Notes: a model not told the origin generated them from the sequence alone. Shown: positions 30,606-42,800, counted from the stretch's first letter. The stretch is 64,000 bases of DNA from Vibrio sp. (GCA_047975485.1 JBKEDP010000021.1:1292-65291), one strand, 5' to 3'. Made by a program: numbers and translations.

Positions 30606-32084
30606 TCAACTTGTCGGCTTTAGCGTTTCTTTTTGCTTAGCTAATTGGTCTTGCTTGCCTTTCTCTAAAGCAATCTTTCTTGCTGTAAATTCACTATCCA
30701 TACGTTTTACGTTCGCCAAGAAAGTTGCTTTTTCCTTATGCGGAACCGAGGTAGCCATTGGCATTTTCGCTGTTAGGAAACTCACTGGTTTATTGCGAAT
30801 TAAGAATTCATAGTGCAAGTGAGGACCAGTAACTCGACCAGTCGCACCTGATTTTGCAATCACATCACCACGGCGTACCGCTTGACCTTGACGCACTAAG
30901 AATTTACTTAAGTGTAAGTAACGGGTGCTATAAGTTGAGCTGTGTTTGATCACCACATATTTACCTGCGTAAGGGTGATTCGTCACCATGGTCACTACGC
31001 CATCTGCTGTAGCTAAAACATCGGTACCAGATGGGCAAGCAATGTCTTCACCATTATGCGGAGACAAACGATGCGTCACTGGGTGCAAACGGTTCGGGTT
31101 AAAACGAGAGCTGATGCGATATTGTTTTCTAGTTGGCCAACGCATAAAGGCACGTTGCAAACTATTACCGTTACGGTCGTAATATTGGCCATCGCTATGT
31201 AAATATGCCGAAATCACTTTGCCGTTGGTATAAATACGGATCGCTTCAATTTCACGGTTACCGGTAAATTCTTCACCAACAAATTCACGCTTTTGCATAA
31301 TTTCAAATTTATCGCCTGCGCGCAGTTTGTTGAAGTTCAGCTTATGTTTAAGAATTTGAGTGATCTGTGCGGATTCTGCACTGCTAATGCCTTGCTTAAA
31401 TGCAGACATAGAAAAACTGCCATGAATAGGTCCCATTAGAGGAACGTCTTTCCATTGGCTCGGCAGATTTATTTCATCAAAGTTGTAGCTGCCATCATCG
31501 TCATTGCGGGTAAACACAACTTTATTTGCAGGCGAGAATTGCACTTCAAATTTGGTTAAGTGCTCATCTTTTTCATCGATCCAGAGTTTCAACGTATCAC
31601 CCGGATTTAAGGTATCCAGTGTTAAGTTGTTCTGGTCGGTATCCATAATGCTCATCACTTCAGTGTATGGCACATTGAAACGAGCAAGAATGGAGCTTAA
31701 ATTGTCACCTTCTTGGATTGTGTAGCCATAGCGTGGTGCATCTTCATCAACCGGTTCAGTGGCAGCAGTAGGCGCTTTTGCTTCCTTTAATCCACCTTTA
31801 ATTGTGTAGACATATTGAGGTGTATTAGGTGTATTGTCATCAAGATCAAACGCTTCCGTTGCAGCGATTTCATCAACATCTTCCGTTTTAGTTGCAGCGA
31901 TAGCCGCATCCTCTTCCTTTAGGACTTTGTCCATATCCATGGCAACTGGTTTGCGATCTGAAATGATTTCTTCTTCAATAAAAAGCGTGGTAAGACCGAT
32001 CAATACTAAGAATACGACGCCAACCTTCAAAATTAATGATCGGTGCGGGTGCTGGCGTAATGAGGTAGATAATTTGTTCGACAT
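30606..32084 (-). CDS. Peptidoglycan DD-endopeptidase, M23 family (MepM/ShyA-like) with a LysM-like domain
   Basis: N-terminal TM, YTIQEGDNLSSIL, HNGED, YLHL, TGPHLHYE. Confidence 0.9.
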   Translation of the reverse strand: MSNKLSTSLRQHPHRSLILKVGVVFLVLIGLTTLFIEEEIISDRKPVAMDMDKVLKEEDAAIAATKTEDVDEIAATEAFDLDDNTPNTPQYVYTIKGGLKEAKAPTAATEPVDEDAPRYGYTIQEGDNLSSILARFNVPYTEVMSIMDTDQNNLTLDTLNPGDTLKLWIDEKDEHLTKFEVQFSPANKVVFTRNDDDGSYNFDEINLPSQWKDVPLMGPIHGSFSMSAFKQGISSAESAQITQILKHKLNFNKLRAGDKFEIMQKREFVGEEFTGNREIEAIRIYTNGKVISAYLHSDGQYYDRNGNSLQRAFMRWPTRKQYRISSRFNPNRLHPVTHRLSPHNGEDIACPSGTDVLATADGVVTMVTNHPYAGKYVVIKHSSTYSTRYLHLSKFLVRQGQAVRRGDVIAKSGATGRVTGPHLHYEFLIRNKPVSFLTAKMPMATSVPHKEKATFLANVKRMDSEFTARKIALEKGKQDQLAKQKETLKPTS

Positions 32085-32421
32085 AATACTTAAATTTAGA
32101 GCCCTACTTTAATCATAAAAAAATAGGTTATTTACAAAAACGACATAATGGTCGCACGAAAGCGCCTGCCACGAAAATGCAGGGACTACCTGCCACAAAA
32201 TGCAGGAGCTATATAAAGACCATTTTTATTCGAAAAGTTCAAAAAGTCAGAGAGAAATGTAACTGAATTTTACAGCAATTGCGAGATGTATTAGTGCTGT
32301 AATATATAAAGAAAATAAATAAGTAAGAGGCATCAATAAGTTAGATGAAATATATAACAAAAAAACTGCAGCACGTTATTCCTACGGCTACAGTTTTTAT
32401 TGGTTTTTATAGCATTCGGTT

Positions 32422-33054
32422 CTAAAACTTAGGCTTCAACATGCCTTCAGTAATGATGAAATCAATGATGATATCTAAACCCTTTCCTTCCTTTAAGTTA
32501 GTGAAAACATAAGGTTTTTCAGGTCGCATACGTTGGGTATCAGACTCCATCACTTCCAGTGAAGCACCCACATACGGAGCTAAATCAATCTTGTTGATCA
32601 CAAGCAGATCTGAGCGAGTAATACCCGGCCCACCTTTGCGTGGAATTTTTTCGCCTTCTGCGACATCGATCACATAGATTGTTAAGTCCGCTAACTCAGG
32701 GCTAAAGGTTGCGCTTAGGTTGTCGCCACCACTTTCAACAAAAACCACATCAAGATCTTTATGGCGTTTGGCTAATTCTTCCACTGCCGCCAAATTCATT
32801 GAAGCATCTTCACGAATAGCGGTATGCGGACAACCACCAGTTTCAACACCAATAATACGATCAGCAGCTAAAGCTTCTGCACGAGTTAGAATTTTTGCAT
32901 CTTCTTGAGTGTAAATATCATTGGTTACCACTGCGATATTAAGACGATCACGAATCGCTTTACACAAAACTTCTAATAACGCTGTTTTGCCCGAACCAAC
33001 AGGGCCACCAATACCAATGCGTAACGGTTGTTTATAAGTTTCCATTTGTGACAT
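32422..33054 (-). CDS. ureG: Urease accessory GTPase
   Basis: [33 protein letters not shown]. Confidence 0.95.
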   Translation of the reverse strand: MSQMETYKQPLRIGIGGPVGSGKTALLEVLCKAIRDRLNIAVVTNDIYTQEDAKILTRAEALAADRIIGVETGGCPHTAIREDASMNLAAVEELAKRHKDLDVVFVESGGDNLSATFSPELADLTIYVIDVAEGEKIPRKGGPGITRSDLLVINKIDLAPYVGASLEVMESDTQRMRPEKPYVFTNLKEGKGLDIIIDFIITEGMLKPKF

Positions 33055-33112
33055 TTTTCTTTCCTTAAAATCTGTGTTGTTTTCGCTCTTAATCAATTTT
33101 CAATTCAATAAA

Positions 33113-33808
33113 TTAGGAGCGAAATAATCTTGTGTACTGCCTTTCATGTTTGCTGCTCGCAATCGCAATCGCGGGCGTGAAACTGCCAATATCATCAGCT
33201 AAAATTTGATTTGCTTTATTTACGGCTTGAGGTAATAAAGTGGATAAATTTAACAAGGTTTTCTGCCCTGCTGTTTGTCCAAGCGGGATCAATTTCACAC
33301 CTGCCATTACGATATTTTCCGCCCAACTCCAAACATAACCTTGTTGTAATTGCTCTAGCGTAATTCCCCACGCTTTAGCTGCGACACAAAAACCAAGCAA
33401 CTGATTTTGCGTTGCAGCATGCGGATTATTTTCTGGCTGCCAACTTGGCTTAACCGGTAAATCAAGTTGCTTTAACAAGGTGAATAAAGCTTTGCCTCGT
33501 TGCAGTTCTTCTGCTCTCAACTCACTGGTTTCGCGGCAGGAATACAAATACTCACTCCAGTAGTAAATACTTACTTCATCATCGCATTCGAGTGCTTGAT
33601 ATAGTTTTGCCAAGATTGGAAGTTCAAGCGTAACCAAGCTATTGTTGAGCATCATTTCCAGCCAATCTAATAGCTTTTCTTGGTTCGATACCCAACCAGC
33701 TTCGACCGCCCACTCCAAACCTTGAGAATAGGTAAATCCTCCAATCGGCAGTGACGGGCTAATAAGCTGAAATAACCGATAATTAGCTGAACTTAAATTC
33801 AGTTCCAT
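33113..33808 (-). CDS. ureF: Urease accessory protein
   Basis: LISPSLPIGGFTYSQGLE, PLGQTAGQ, HERQYTRLFRS; start could be 33844. Confidence 0.93.
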   Translation of the reverse strand: MELNLSSANYRLFQLISPSLPIGGFTYSQGLEWAVEAGWVSNQEKLLDWLEMMLNNSLVTLELPILAKLYQALECDDEVSIYYWSEYLYSCRETSELRAEELQRGKALFTLLKQLDLPVKPSWQPENNPHAATQNQLLGFCVAAKAWGITLEQLQQGYVWSWAENIVMAGVKLIPLGQTAGQKTLLNLSTLLPQAVNKANQILADDIGSFTPAIAIASSKHERQYTRLFRS

Positions 33809-33889
33809 AGCTATTTTATTTTCCCCAAAAGACATATTTCCCAAAAAGACTTATTTAACAAAGAAGACTTTATTTCCAAAACAAATAGC

Positions 33890-34393
33890 TTAATGAGAAT
33901 GATGATCGTGGCTATTCCCGTGATCATGACTGTGCTCGTGGCCATGATCGTGGTGATGCCCACCAGAACGGCCACCATAAGCGCCATCTTCTGGTTCAAA
34001 TGGTGCTTTTTCTACAGTCACTTTTGCACCTAAACCAATCACCATGTCATCTAATACATGATCGTGTTGATAACGCACCCAACCGTCTGCAATTTGCAAA
34101 GGCACGTGGCGGTTACCTAAGTGGTAAGTCACTCGGTTGAGCAATAGCGCATCTTCACAATACACGCTTGAAACCGTTTCTGGCGCAGCTTTTACTTCCA
34201 CCAGCAAACCACATTCACTTTGCAGAACTTGGCCACCACGTAAAATATTGCCGCGAGGTAGAAATAAACCTGCATCTCTGCCGTCATCCAGCACGACTTT
34301 CAAGCGGCTTTTAATACGACTGTTAATTGGCAAGCTCAATGTGCCGTCTATAGATTTTGTTGTATCCGTAACTACTTTGGTTAATTCGATCAT
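33890..34393 (-). CDS. ureE: Urease accessory nickel chaperone
   Basis: YHLGNRHVP, FEPEDGAYG, His-rich tail. Confidence 0.95.
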   Translation of the reverse strand: MIELTKVVTDTTKSIDGTLSLPINSRIKSRLKVVLDDGRDAGLFLPRGNILRGGQVLQSECGLLVEVKAAPETVSSVYCEDALLLNRVTYHLGNRHVPLQIADGWVRYQHDHVLDDMVIGLGAKVTVEKAPFEPEDGAYGGRSGGHHHDHGHEHSHDHGNSHDHHSH

Positions 34394-34458
34394 TCCATCG
34401 TCCGTTGTTATTTTTATAGTTGTTCAGTTAAAAGAAACTTCTCTTAAAACAGCTTCCC

Positions 34459-36201
34459 TTAAAATAAAAAATAGCGCTGCGCCATCGGCAATACTTCGGC
34501 TGGTTCACAGCTCAATAGTTGGCCGTCAGCTTTTACTTCATAAGTTTGTGAATCTACTTCTATCTTCGGCTGCCAATCATTTAACTTCATATCGGCTTTA
34601 GAAATATTTCGACAGTTTTTCGCTACACCAATCAAGCTATGTAAGCCCAATTGTTCTGGGATATTTTTATCTTGTGCCGCTTGAGAAACAAATAGCATAG
34701 AAGTGGATTTAGAAGCCTTACCGTAACTGCCAAACATAGAGCGATAATGCACTGGCTGCGGTGTTGGAATCGACGCATTTGGATCGCCCATTGGTGCCAT
34801 TGCAATCATGCCGCCTTTGATTATTGCACTTGGTTTCACACCGAAAAATGCTGGTTTCCAAAGCACTAAATCCGCTAATTTTCCTACTTCAATTGAACCA
34901 ACCTCATGGCTCACACCGTGGGTAATCGCTGGGTTAATCGTGTATTTGGCAACATAACGACGCAAACGGAAGTTGTCGTTTGGCGTGGTGTGACCGAACT
35001 TCTCTGTTCTTTCATCAAAAGCAGTTTGGTCTTGCTCTAGCGAACCACGTTGCACTTTCATTTTGTGGGCGGTTTGCCATGTACGCAGGATCACTTCACC
35101 AATGCGCCCCATTGCTTGTGAGTCAGATGAAATCATTGAGAACGCACCTAAGTCATGCAAAATATCTTCTGCGGCAATGGTTTCACGACGAATACGGGAT
35201 TCCGCAAATGCCACATCTTCAGCAATCGATGGTGACAAGTGGTGGCACACCATCAACATATCTAAATGCTCATCAACCGTATTAATGGTGTATGGACGAG
35301 TTGGATTAGTGGAAGATGGAAGAATATTAGATTCACCACAAGCACGAATAATATCCGGTGCGTGACCACCACCGGCCCCTTCAGTGTGATAAGTATGAAT
35401 AACACGATCACCAATGGCATCAAGGGTGGATTCCACAAAGCCTGACTCATTTAAGGTATCGGTGTGAATCGCAACTTGCACGTCCATTTGGTCGGCAACG
35501 GTTAAGCAGTTATCAATGCTCGCTGGTGTTGAACCCCAATCTTCATGCAGTTTTAAGCCAATTGCGCCCGCTTCTACTTGCTCGATTAATGATTCAGGCA
35601 GACTAGCATTACCTTTACCGAGCAAGCCAAAGTTCATTGGAAACTCATCCAAAGCTTCCAACATGCGGTGAATATTCCAAGGTCCAGGTGAACAGGTTGT
35701 CGCATTGGTTCCCGTTGCTGGACCTGTGCCGCCGCCGATCATAGTAGTGACACCTGAGGCTAAGGCTTCTTCAATTTGTTGTGGGCAGATAAAGTGAATA
35801 TGTGAATCAATGCCACCAGCGGTAACAATCGAACCTTCCGCTGCAATGATTTCTGTTCCTGGGCCGATAATAATATCAACATTCGGTTGTACATCAGGAT
35901 TGCCCGCTTTGCCTATTCCACAAATTCGACCATCTTTAACCGCAATATCGGCTTTCACTACGCCCCAGTGATCTAAGATTACAGCGTTAGTCAGTACAAG
36001 ATCGGGAGTAAATTCTGACGATAGCTGACTTTGTCCCATCCCATCACGGATCACCTTACCACCACCGAATTTCACTTCGTCGCCATAAACCGTGAAATCT
36101 TTTTCGACTTCAAGCCAAAGTTCTGTATCAGCAAGACGCAAGCGGTCGCCCGTAGTTGGACCAAACATTTCCGCATACGCACGTTTTGAAATTTTTGCCA
36201 T
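34459..36201 (-). CDS. ureC: Urease subunit alpha
   Basis: [32 protein letters not shown]. Confidence 0.97.
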   Translation of the reverse strand: MAKISKRAYAEMFGPTTGDRLRLADTELWLEVEKDFTVYGDEVKFGGGKVIRDGMGQSQLSSEFTPDLVLTNAVILDHWGVVKADIAVKDGRICGIGKAGNPDVQPNVDIIIGPGTEIIAAEGSIVTAGGIDSHIHFICPQQIEEALASGVTTMIGGGTGPATGTNATTCSPGPWNIHRMLEALDEFPMNFGLLGKGNASLPESLIEQVEAGAIGLKLHEDWGSTPASIDNCLTVADQMDVQVAIHTDTLNESGFVESTLDAIGDRVIHTYHTEGAGGGHAPDIIRACGESNILPSSTNPTRPYTINTVDEHLDMLMVCHHLSPSIAEDVAFAESRIRRETIAAEDILHDLGAFSMISSDSQAMGRIGEVILRTWQTAHKMKVQRGSLEQDQTAFDERTEKFGHTTPNDNFRLRRYVAKYTINPAITHGVSHEVGSIEVGKLADLVLWKPAFFGVKPSAIIKGGMIAMAPMGDPNASIPTPQPVHYRSMFGSYGKASKSTSMLFVSQAAQDKNIPEQLGLHSLIGVAKNCRNISKADMKLNDWQPKIEVDSQTYEVKADGQLLSCEPAEVLPMAQRYFLF

Positions 36202-36231
36202 TTTTTAAAATCCTTTTATTCGCTGCAACTC

Positions 36232-36567
36232 TTAAAGCGCACCTTGAACACGACCTTTAAAGCCATATACCTTTCTATCTCCGGCATATTCCACTAATTC
36301 AACAGTACGAGACTGCCCCGGCTCGAAGCGAGTTGCTGTGCCAGCTGGAATATTGAGACGAAATCCACGGGTCGCTTCACGGTCAAATTTCAATGCATCG
36401 TTCACTTCATAAAAATGATAATGTGAGCCGACTTGCACAGGACGATCGCCCAAGTTTTCGACTTTGATTTGAATGGTTTTACGGCCTACGTTGAGTTCAA
36501 TTTCACCCTCGCCAGAGACCAATTGACCAGGAATAAATGCGTTTGGATTAGCGTTACTGGTTTTCAT
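36232..36567 (-). CDS. ureB: Urease subunit beta
   Basis: [28 protein letters not shown]. Confidence 0.96.
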   Translation of the reverse strand: MKTSNANPNAFIPGQLVSGEGEIELNVGRKTIQIKVENLGDRPVQVGSHYHFYEVNDALKFDREATRGFRLNIPAGTATRFEPGQSRTVELVEYAGDRKVYGFKGRVQGAL

Positions 36568-36576
36568 AAGCGCTCC

Positions 36577-36879
36577 TTACACAATCGGATCGTGAACGGT
36601 GACCAGCTTTGTGCCGTCAGGGAATGTGGCTTCCACTTGCACATCAGGGATCATTGACGGCACCCCTTCCATCACGTCATCGACAGTTAAGATGGTGCGG
36701 CCAAAGCTCATTAATTCCGCCACGGTTTTACCTTCACGTGCACCTTCTAAAATCGCACTGCTGATCAAAGCAACGGATTCAGGGTAATTCAGCTTCAAGC
36801 CTTTATCTTTACGTTGTTGCGCTAACATACCAGCACAAAAAATGAGAAGTTTATCTTTCTCTCTTGGCGTCAATTCCAT
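36577..36879 (-). CDS. ureA: Urease subunit gamma
   Basis: [30 protein letters not shown]. Confidence 0.97.
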   Translation of the reverse strand: MELTPREKDKLLIFCAGMLAQQRKDKGLKLNYPESVALISSAILEGAREGKTVAELMSFGRTILTVDDVMEGVPSMIPDVQVEATFPDGTKLVTVHDPIV

Positions 36880-36950
36880 CTGTTTTTCCTTTGTTTTTGT
36901 TCTTTTGGTATTAGTTCTTTTGAATTTGCACTTGTTCTTTTAACTATGCT

Positions 36951-37018
36951 CATTGAAAGCTATTGCACATTGAAAGCTTTAACACGTTGAAAGCTTTTAC
37001 ACATTAAAAGCTATTTGT
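36951..37018. repeat. Four tandem 17-bp repeats (CATTGAAAGCTWTWRCA) between ureD and ureA
   Basis: Units at 36951, 36968, 36985 and 37002. Confidence 0.85.
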
Positions 37019-37112
37019 GGCTAGAAACTTGATGTCGCCCGCTGTACTTCTTTCTATAAAAAACATACATGATAGGTTATTTTTCCAAAATCTTGATTTT
37101 TCAACCATCAGA

Positions 37113-38051
37113 TCAGGTTGCCCAGATCCTCGGAGCATCCGCTTCATAACCAAACCACTGCTTGCGAAAGTGTTTCCAAATTAAGGTAAAAGCAGCCAGC
37201 AAGGTTTCAGTCCAAAAGCCAAATGCTCGTACCACAATAAGTTGATCAATTTGAGTTGCACCAACCACTAATTCAAGTTGGCCCTGTTCATCTCTCTTAT
37301 TTGAAAAGACTTCAAGCAAATCTTGTACCGCTTCTAAATCTGAATCTTGAGTGGCGGTAATGAAAAAGCTACCCATCATAGGAAATGACTGTAAACCCAT
37401 ATTTAAAATGGACTTATCGCCACCTTTCATTTGTAGGTTTTCAGTAAGAATGAGTTTGTTTTGCTGGAAGATTCGAGTTTTCCCCCAGATCTTACCCGCA
37501 TCAAAGCACTCATTTAGTGCAGGACGACCAAAACAGTGCAACTCCCATCCCATAAAGAGTGCATCTTGTTCGAGGTGAATATCGGTATCAACTTGAACTT
37601 GTCCGGTTGGGAAAAAGATATTCTCTTGCGGTAACCATTCCAAACAACTCTCAGATGTGACGGTAAGCACTTGCTTCTGCTTGGCGACCTTACCTTCTGA
37701 GCGATAAAACTTGGTTGCCCCAGGCGTAGTAACTAACGCATGCGCACCTTGATGTGTGGTTGCTTCGATGCGTAATTCATCTCCACCGACAACGCCTCCC
37801 GGAGGATGTAATAAATAGGTGTGGCAAACATCCCCTTCCGGATATAACGGCCGCTGAATGGCTAAAGGACCAAGCTGAGTTTTTTTACCAACTACGGTTT
37901 TATCGCCACGATCGGTGAAATCTAAAGTGAGCTTTGCTTTCCAGCCATCAGAAGTTTGATTGGGATGTATCTGGGTTTGGCGTTGAGTTTGAGGTGTTAT
38001 AGATCCTTGCTGGAAGGGAGTTTCAAGATCAGCAAGTGGTGAATTCGGCAT
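37113..38051 (-). CDS. ureD: Urease accessory protein
   Basis: GPLAIQRPLYPE, LHPPGGVVGGD, TTPGATKFY, PRIWAT. Confidence 0.93.
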   Translation of the reverse strand: MPNSPLADLETPFQQGSITPQTQRQTQIHPNQTSDGWKAKLTLDFTDRGDKTVVGKKTQLGPLAIQRPLYPEGDVCHTYLLHPPGGVVGGDELRIEATTHQGAHALVTTPGATKFYRSEGKVAKQKQVLTVTSESCLEWLPQENIFFPTGQVQVDTDIHLEQDALFMGWELHCFGRPALNECFDAGKIWGKTRIFQQNKLILTENLQMKGGDKSILNMGLQSFPMMGSFFITATQDSDLEAVQDLLEVFSNKRDEQGQLELVVGATQIDQLIVVRAFGFWTETLLAAFTLIWKHFRKQWFGYEADAPRIWAT

Positions 38052-38459
38052 CTTCCACAAATCCTTGTGCTATTACTGCTCAATCCGTAGCAGAGTAATT
38101 ATCGATAAATGTATGGTTAAAAATATATGGTTAAAAACTATCGGACTTTTGGGGTTAAAGCAATCTATAGACAGAATAAATAACCTGAACTCTGGATAAT
38201 TTAAGCCTCACAGCACATCTCTTTTTGCGTCTAACGTCGTTAAAATCAACGCAATAGGCTAGCTATTGACTTATGATTTTGCCTAGTTAGCCATCCAAAA
38301 TAGATGCACTGTGACATATCGTTAGCTAACTTATTGATTGTTTAGCGGTAATGACTTTCTTATCCAGAGTTCAGGTTAAATAGATAATAAAAAACTGCAG
38401 TCCAATTGAACTACAGTTTTATAAACATTTCTAATTAATCAATTGTTGATTAACAGAAA

Positions 38460-39605
38460 TTACATCGCTTGAGCGAAAATCTCTACGATTTCTTCGTGCG
38501 TTGCTTGTTTAGGGTTAGTTAGACCACAAGCATCTTTCAGTGCGTTAGTTGCAAGAGTTGGTAGATCTTCTTCTTTTGCACCTAGCTCTGTTAGACCTGA
38601 AGGGATCTTCACGTCTTGAGAAAGTTCTTGGATAAGTTCAATTGCTTTCTCTGCACCTTGCTCAGCTGTTAGGTTCTCAACATCAGCACCTAGAGCTTTA
38701 GCAACATCACGTAGACGCTCAGGACAAACTTGTGCGTTATAGCGTTGAACGTGAGGAAGAAGAACTGCGTTACATACACCGTGTGGAAGGTCGTAGAAAC
38801 CACCTAGTTGGTGAGCCATTGCGTGAACATAGCCAAGAGAAGCATTGTTGAATGCCATACCAGCCATGAATTGTGCATAAGCCATTTGCTCACGAGCTTC
38901 TAGGTTGTCGCCATTTTCAACTACAGCGCGTAGGTTCGCTTGGATCAATTCGATTGCTTTGATTGCTACTGCGTCAGTAACCGGTGTCGCTGCGATAGAA
39001 ACATAAGCTTCAACTGCGTGAGTTAATGCGTCCATACCTGTTGCTGCAGTTAGAGAAGCAGGCATTGCAAGCATTAGTTTAGGATCGTTCACAGACAAAA
39101 TTGGCGTTGTGTTTTTGTCTACGATCGCCATTTTGATGTGGTTTTCTTCGTTGGTGATGATGCAGAAGCGAGTCATCTCTGAAGCTGTACCCGCAGTTGT
39201 GTTGATTGCAACTAAAGGAAGTTGAGGTTTTTTAGAAACGTCTAGACCTTCATAATCTGCAATTTTGCCACCGTTAGTAGCAACAAGCGCAATACCTTTA
39301 GCACAATCGTGTGGAGAACCACCACCTAGAGAAATTACGAAATCACACTCGTTTTCTTTAAGAATTTTCAAACCAGCTTCAACGTTACTGATTGTTGGGT
39401 TTGGTTGAGTGCCATCATAAACAACAGTTTCAATGTCACGCTCATTTAGTAAATCCGTTACTTGTTTAACCATACCGATCTGGTTAAGCACTTTATCTGT
39501 AACGATCAATGCTTTTTTAAAGCCGTAACCTACTACTGCGTCTGCTGCTTCAACAATGCAATCTGCACCCATTAGGTTTACCGCAGGAATAAAAAATGCA
39601 CTCAT
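38460..39605 (-). CDS. yiaY: Iron-containing alcohol dehydrogenase (YiaY/L-threonine dehydrogenase-like)
   Basis: [48 protein letters not shown]. Confidence 0.85.
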   Translation of the reverse strand: MSAFFIPAVNLMGADCIVEAADAVVGYGFKKALIVTDKVLNQIGMVKQVTDLLNERDIETVVYDGTQPNPTISNVEAGLKILKENECDFVISLGGGSPHDCAKGIALVATNGGKIADYEGLDVSKKPQLPLVAINTTAGTASEMTRFCIITNEENHIKMAIVDKNTTPILSVNDPKLMLAMPASLTAATGMDALTHAVEAYVSIAATPVTDAVAIKAIELIQANLRAVVENGDNLEAREQMAYAQFMAGMAFNNASLGYVHAMAHQLGGFYDLPHGVCNAVLLPHVQRYNAQVCPERLRDVAKALGADVENLTAEQGAEKAIELIQELSQDVKIPSGLTELGAKEEDLPTLATNALKDACGLTNPKQATHEEIVEIFAQAM

Positions 39606-40492
39606 GTTGCCTCCAAATAATATTGATAATTTAAATACTAAATATCCACTTTTTCAGAAAGGTGGATTTGATATGCGACCTGATACCAATCGTACTAATT
39701 ATCTACTCATCCTTGCTTGTTAAAAGACTCGATAACTGCGTTAAACTTTTCGTTAATAAAGATAGTTGATTGTAGAATAACTACTTATCAAAGTTTTTTG
39801 CCTTGTTCTCAAGCCTTCTTCCTACGCAATTTCTGACCATCTAATTAGTGTGATTGGCATAACATAAGGCGTTGGTTCAGTTTAGCAGCTAATTTTGCTG
39901 TTATTGCTTTTAACTGATAGATGCTGCAGCAATTCTTGCTAGTTTGCACTTTTTTACGCAACGCCTTACCGAATGTCAGGTAATTCATTTACTCACTCAA
40001 TCCAGCACAAAAAACATAGCCAGAGTGAATAAAAATAAAACATCTATAATTTATTTTTCTTAAAATATGGATAGTTACTTCGCGAGTTTAAAGCTAACTA
40101 TTTCTCTCAGTACACCGCTGCGCCTTACCATTTATACTTTTGAGCTCTGCAAGATCTCTAAAATGTTTAAAACAAGTCAGCACCCAAATAAAATGTAACA
40201 AAATAATAACAACCATTAAAATGGGGCGCTGCGGGCTACAAATTCAAAACTGCAGACACTATGCGCCTAGTTCTTTAAAGTTTTTTTGATATATCGCAAT
40301 TAACCCTAAAGAGGTAATCAAGTTGTGCTTTAGATCACTTAAAAATGAGAAATAATCGCTAACACCAACCTCATTTCGTTTAAAACAACGCCATTCGAAT
40401 TTTTCGAACAACTCCATTCACTGCAACGCATTCATAACAAATGCCGTTCTTCTACAATCATTCCAGTTGCAAATTCTTCAAGAGAGGTGAAT

Positions 40493-41401
40493 ATGTCGCA
40501 ATCTAATTTCCGTTCTGTCTATACAGTGATGCAATCGCAGCCAACATCAGATGGTGATGGTGTGAAAATCCGCCGAGTTGCAGGTTTTAACCATAAGCAC
40601 TTTTCACCGTTTTTAATGATTGACGAATTGAAAGCCGATGATAAAAAAGATTATGTCGGTGGTTTCCCTCCACATCCTCATCGTGGCATCGAAACTTTAA
40701 CTTATATGCTTAACGGTCATTTTCAGCACAAAGATCATATGGGCAATGTGGGTGAACTTCGCAGTGGTGGTGCGCAATGGATGGCTGCTGGACAAGGTGT
40801 GATCCACAGTGAAATGCCGATTATGCAAAACGGGCAATTGCATGGCTTTCAAATTTGGATAAATCAGCCAGCGAAAGACAAAATGAAACCGGCTAAATAT
40901 TTTGATTTTCAACCAGAAACGATTACAGTTAAGACGTTTTCTGAGCAGAATCAAATTAAAGTCATTGCTGGAAATCTGAATGTAAACGGTGAAAAGCTAC
41001 AAGGGCCGTTAACCGATACCGGAGTATTTGCTACTGTTGCCGACTGGAAAGCGCAAGACACAAGTCAATTGAGCTTTGAGGTCAATCAACAACACAATGC
41101 GTTGATTTATGTTTACCAGGGTGAAGTCAGCATTGTTGATGAAACCAAAACAGACAAAGAAATAAAACGCTTACGCACAGCAGATTTAGCGGTTTTACCG
41201 AAATCTGATCATAGTGATGCCGATAGCAAGCAAACGGATCAGATTGTGTTGCAAGCGAGTAAAGATGCCGGTGTGCTGATTTTTGTCGGCGAGCCAATCG
41301 ACGAACCGGTTGTGCATTACGGACCGTTTGTAATGAACAGCATGGATGAGATCAACCAGACGATTGACGATTATCAATCAGGTAAATTTCATCAATATTA
41401 A
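40493..41401 (+). CDS. Pirin family protein
   Basis: GFPPHPHRGIET, GVIHSE, YGPFVMN. Confidence 0.92.
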   Translation: MSQSNFRSVYTVMQSQPTSDGDGVKIRRVAGFNHKHFSPFLMIDELKADDKKDYVGGFPPHPHRGIETLTYMLNGHFQHKDHMGNVGELRSGGAQWMAAGQGVIHSEMPIMQNGQLHGFQIWINQPAKDKMKPAKYFDFQPETITVKTFSEQNQIKVIAGNLNVNGEKLQGPLTDTGVFATVADWKAQDTSQLSFEVNQQHNALIYVYQGEVSIVDETKTDKEIKRLRTADLAVLPKSDHSDADSKQTDQIVLQASKDAGVLIFVGEPIDEPVVHYGPFVMNSMDEINQTIDDYQSGKFHQY

Positions 41402-41634
41402 ACCACACGATTTTTTCTTTTTTGTGTGCTTCTGATTCGCATCAGCCCGCAAGGGATATTACATAATAAGCCACGCCCTGCTTTTGAATAAATTGCAGGG
41501 ATTTTTTTGCTTATAAATCAAACCAATTAATCTTAAATATGATTTTGATGCATATTGAAAATCTCGCTTAATCATTCTATTTCTCAATTGCAGAGGTTTA
41601 TACTCAGCCGAATAGAAACAAACAAGGAATCTCT

Positions 41635-42738
41635 ATGTCTGCATTATTCCAACCTTTAACGGTTAAAAATATCGAATTGAAAAACCGCATCGCTGTTCCG
41701 CCAATGTGTCAATATTCGGCCATTGATGGTGTAGCAAACGACTGGCATAACATTCACTACGCAGGTTTAGCGCGTGGTGGCGCTGGCCTTGTGATTGTTG
41801 AAGCGACAGCGGTTTCTCCTGAAGGTCGCATCACGCCAAAGTGTTTAGGTATTTGGAATGATGAGCAAGCACAAGAATTAGCGAAAGTAGCTAAAACCAT
41901 TAAAGACAATGGTAGCGTTGCAGGTATTCAAATTGCGCACGCAGGCCGTAAAGCAAGCGCCAATATTCCTTGGGAAGGCGACGATCATATTGCTGAAGGT
42001 GGTGAAAATGGTTGGCAAACTATTGCTCCTTCTGCTTTAGCTTTTGGTGCGAATCTGCCAAAAACGCCACGAGAGATGACCAAACAAGATATTGAGCGTG
42101 TGAAAGCGGATTTTGTTGCGGGTGCAAAACGTGCATTGGATGCTGGCTTTGAGTGGCTAGAGCTGCACTTTGCTCACGGTTACTTGGCGCAAAGTTTCTT
42201 CTCTGTTCATGCTAACCAACGTACTGATGAATACGGCGGCAGTGCTGAAAATCGTGCTCGCTTTATCTTAGAAACATTTAATGCTGTACGTGAAATTTGG
42301 CCTTCTCACTTACCGTTAACCATTCGCCTTGGTGTGATTGAGTTTGATGGTCAAGATGAAGTGATGCTGCAAGAATCGATCAACATGATCAACCAAATGA
42401 AAGACAACGGTTTAGACATGGTGAGCGTGAGCGTTGGTTTTAATATTCCTACGGCGCAAATTCCTTGGGGACCTGCATTCTTAGCACCAATTTCAGAACG
42501 TGTTCGCAAAGAAACCGGTTTGCCAGTTGCATCAGCTTGGGGCATTGATAAACCTGAAGATGCAGAGCGAGTAGTAGCAGAACAACAAATGGATCAAGTG
42601 ATGATTGGTAAAGCCTATTTAGCTGACCCACATTACACTTACCGTTTAGCAAAAGCGTTGAATGTTGAAAAGCCGTCTTGGATCCTGCCTGCCCCTTATG
42701 CGCATTGGCTTGAAAGATATACGTTTGCGGATAAGTAA
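41635..42738 (+). CDS. NADH:flavin oxidoreductase (old yellow enzyme, XenA/NamA-like)
   Basis: NRIAVPPMCQYS, QIAHAGRKAS, ELHFAHGYL, RTDEYGGS. Confidence 0.92.
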   Translation: MSALFQPLTVKNIELKNRIAVPPMCQYSAIDGVANDWHNIHYAGLARGGAGLVIVEATAVSPEGRITPKCLGIWNDEQAQELAKVAKTIKDNGSVAGIQIAHAGRKASANIPWEGDDHIAEGGENGWQTIAPSALAFGANLPKTPREMTKQDIERVKADFVAGAKRALDAGFEWLELHFAHGYLAQSFFSVHANQRTDEYGGSAENRARFILETFNAVREIWPSHLPLTIRLGVIEFDGQDEVMLQESINMINQMKDNGLDMVSVSVGFNIPTAQIPWGPAFLAPISERVRKETGLPVASAWGIDKPEDAERVVAEQQMDQVMIGKAYLADPHYTYRLAKALNVEKPSWILPAPYAHWLERYTFADK

Positions 42739-42763
42739 GCACTTACAGTAAACGAGTTTGCAT

Positions 42764-42800
42764 AAAAAAACCGAGGTTTAATAAAAGCCTCGGTTTTTTG
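42764..42800. terminator. Bidirectional terminator
   Basis: AAAAAAACCGAGG...CCTCGGTTTTTT between convergent genes. Confidence 0.8.
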
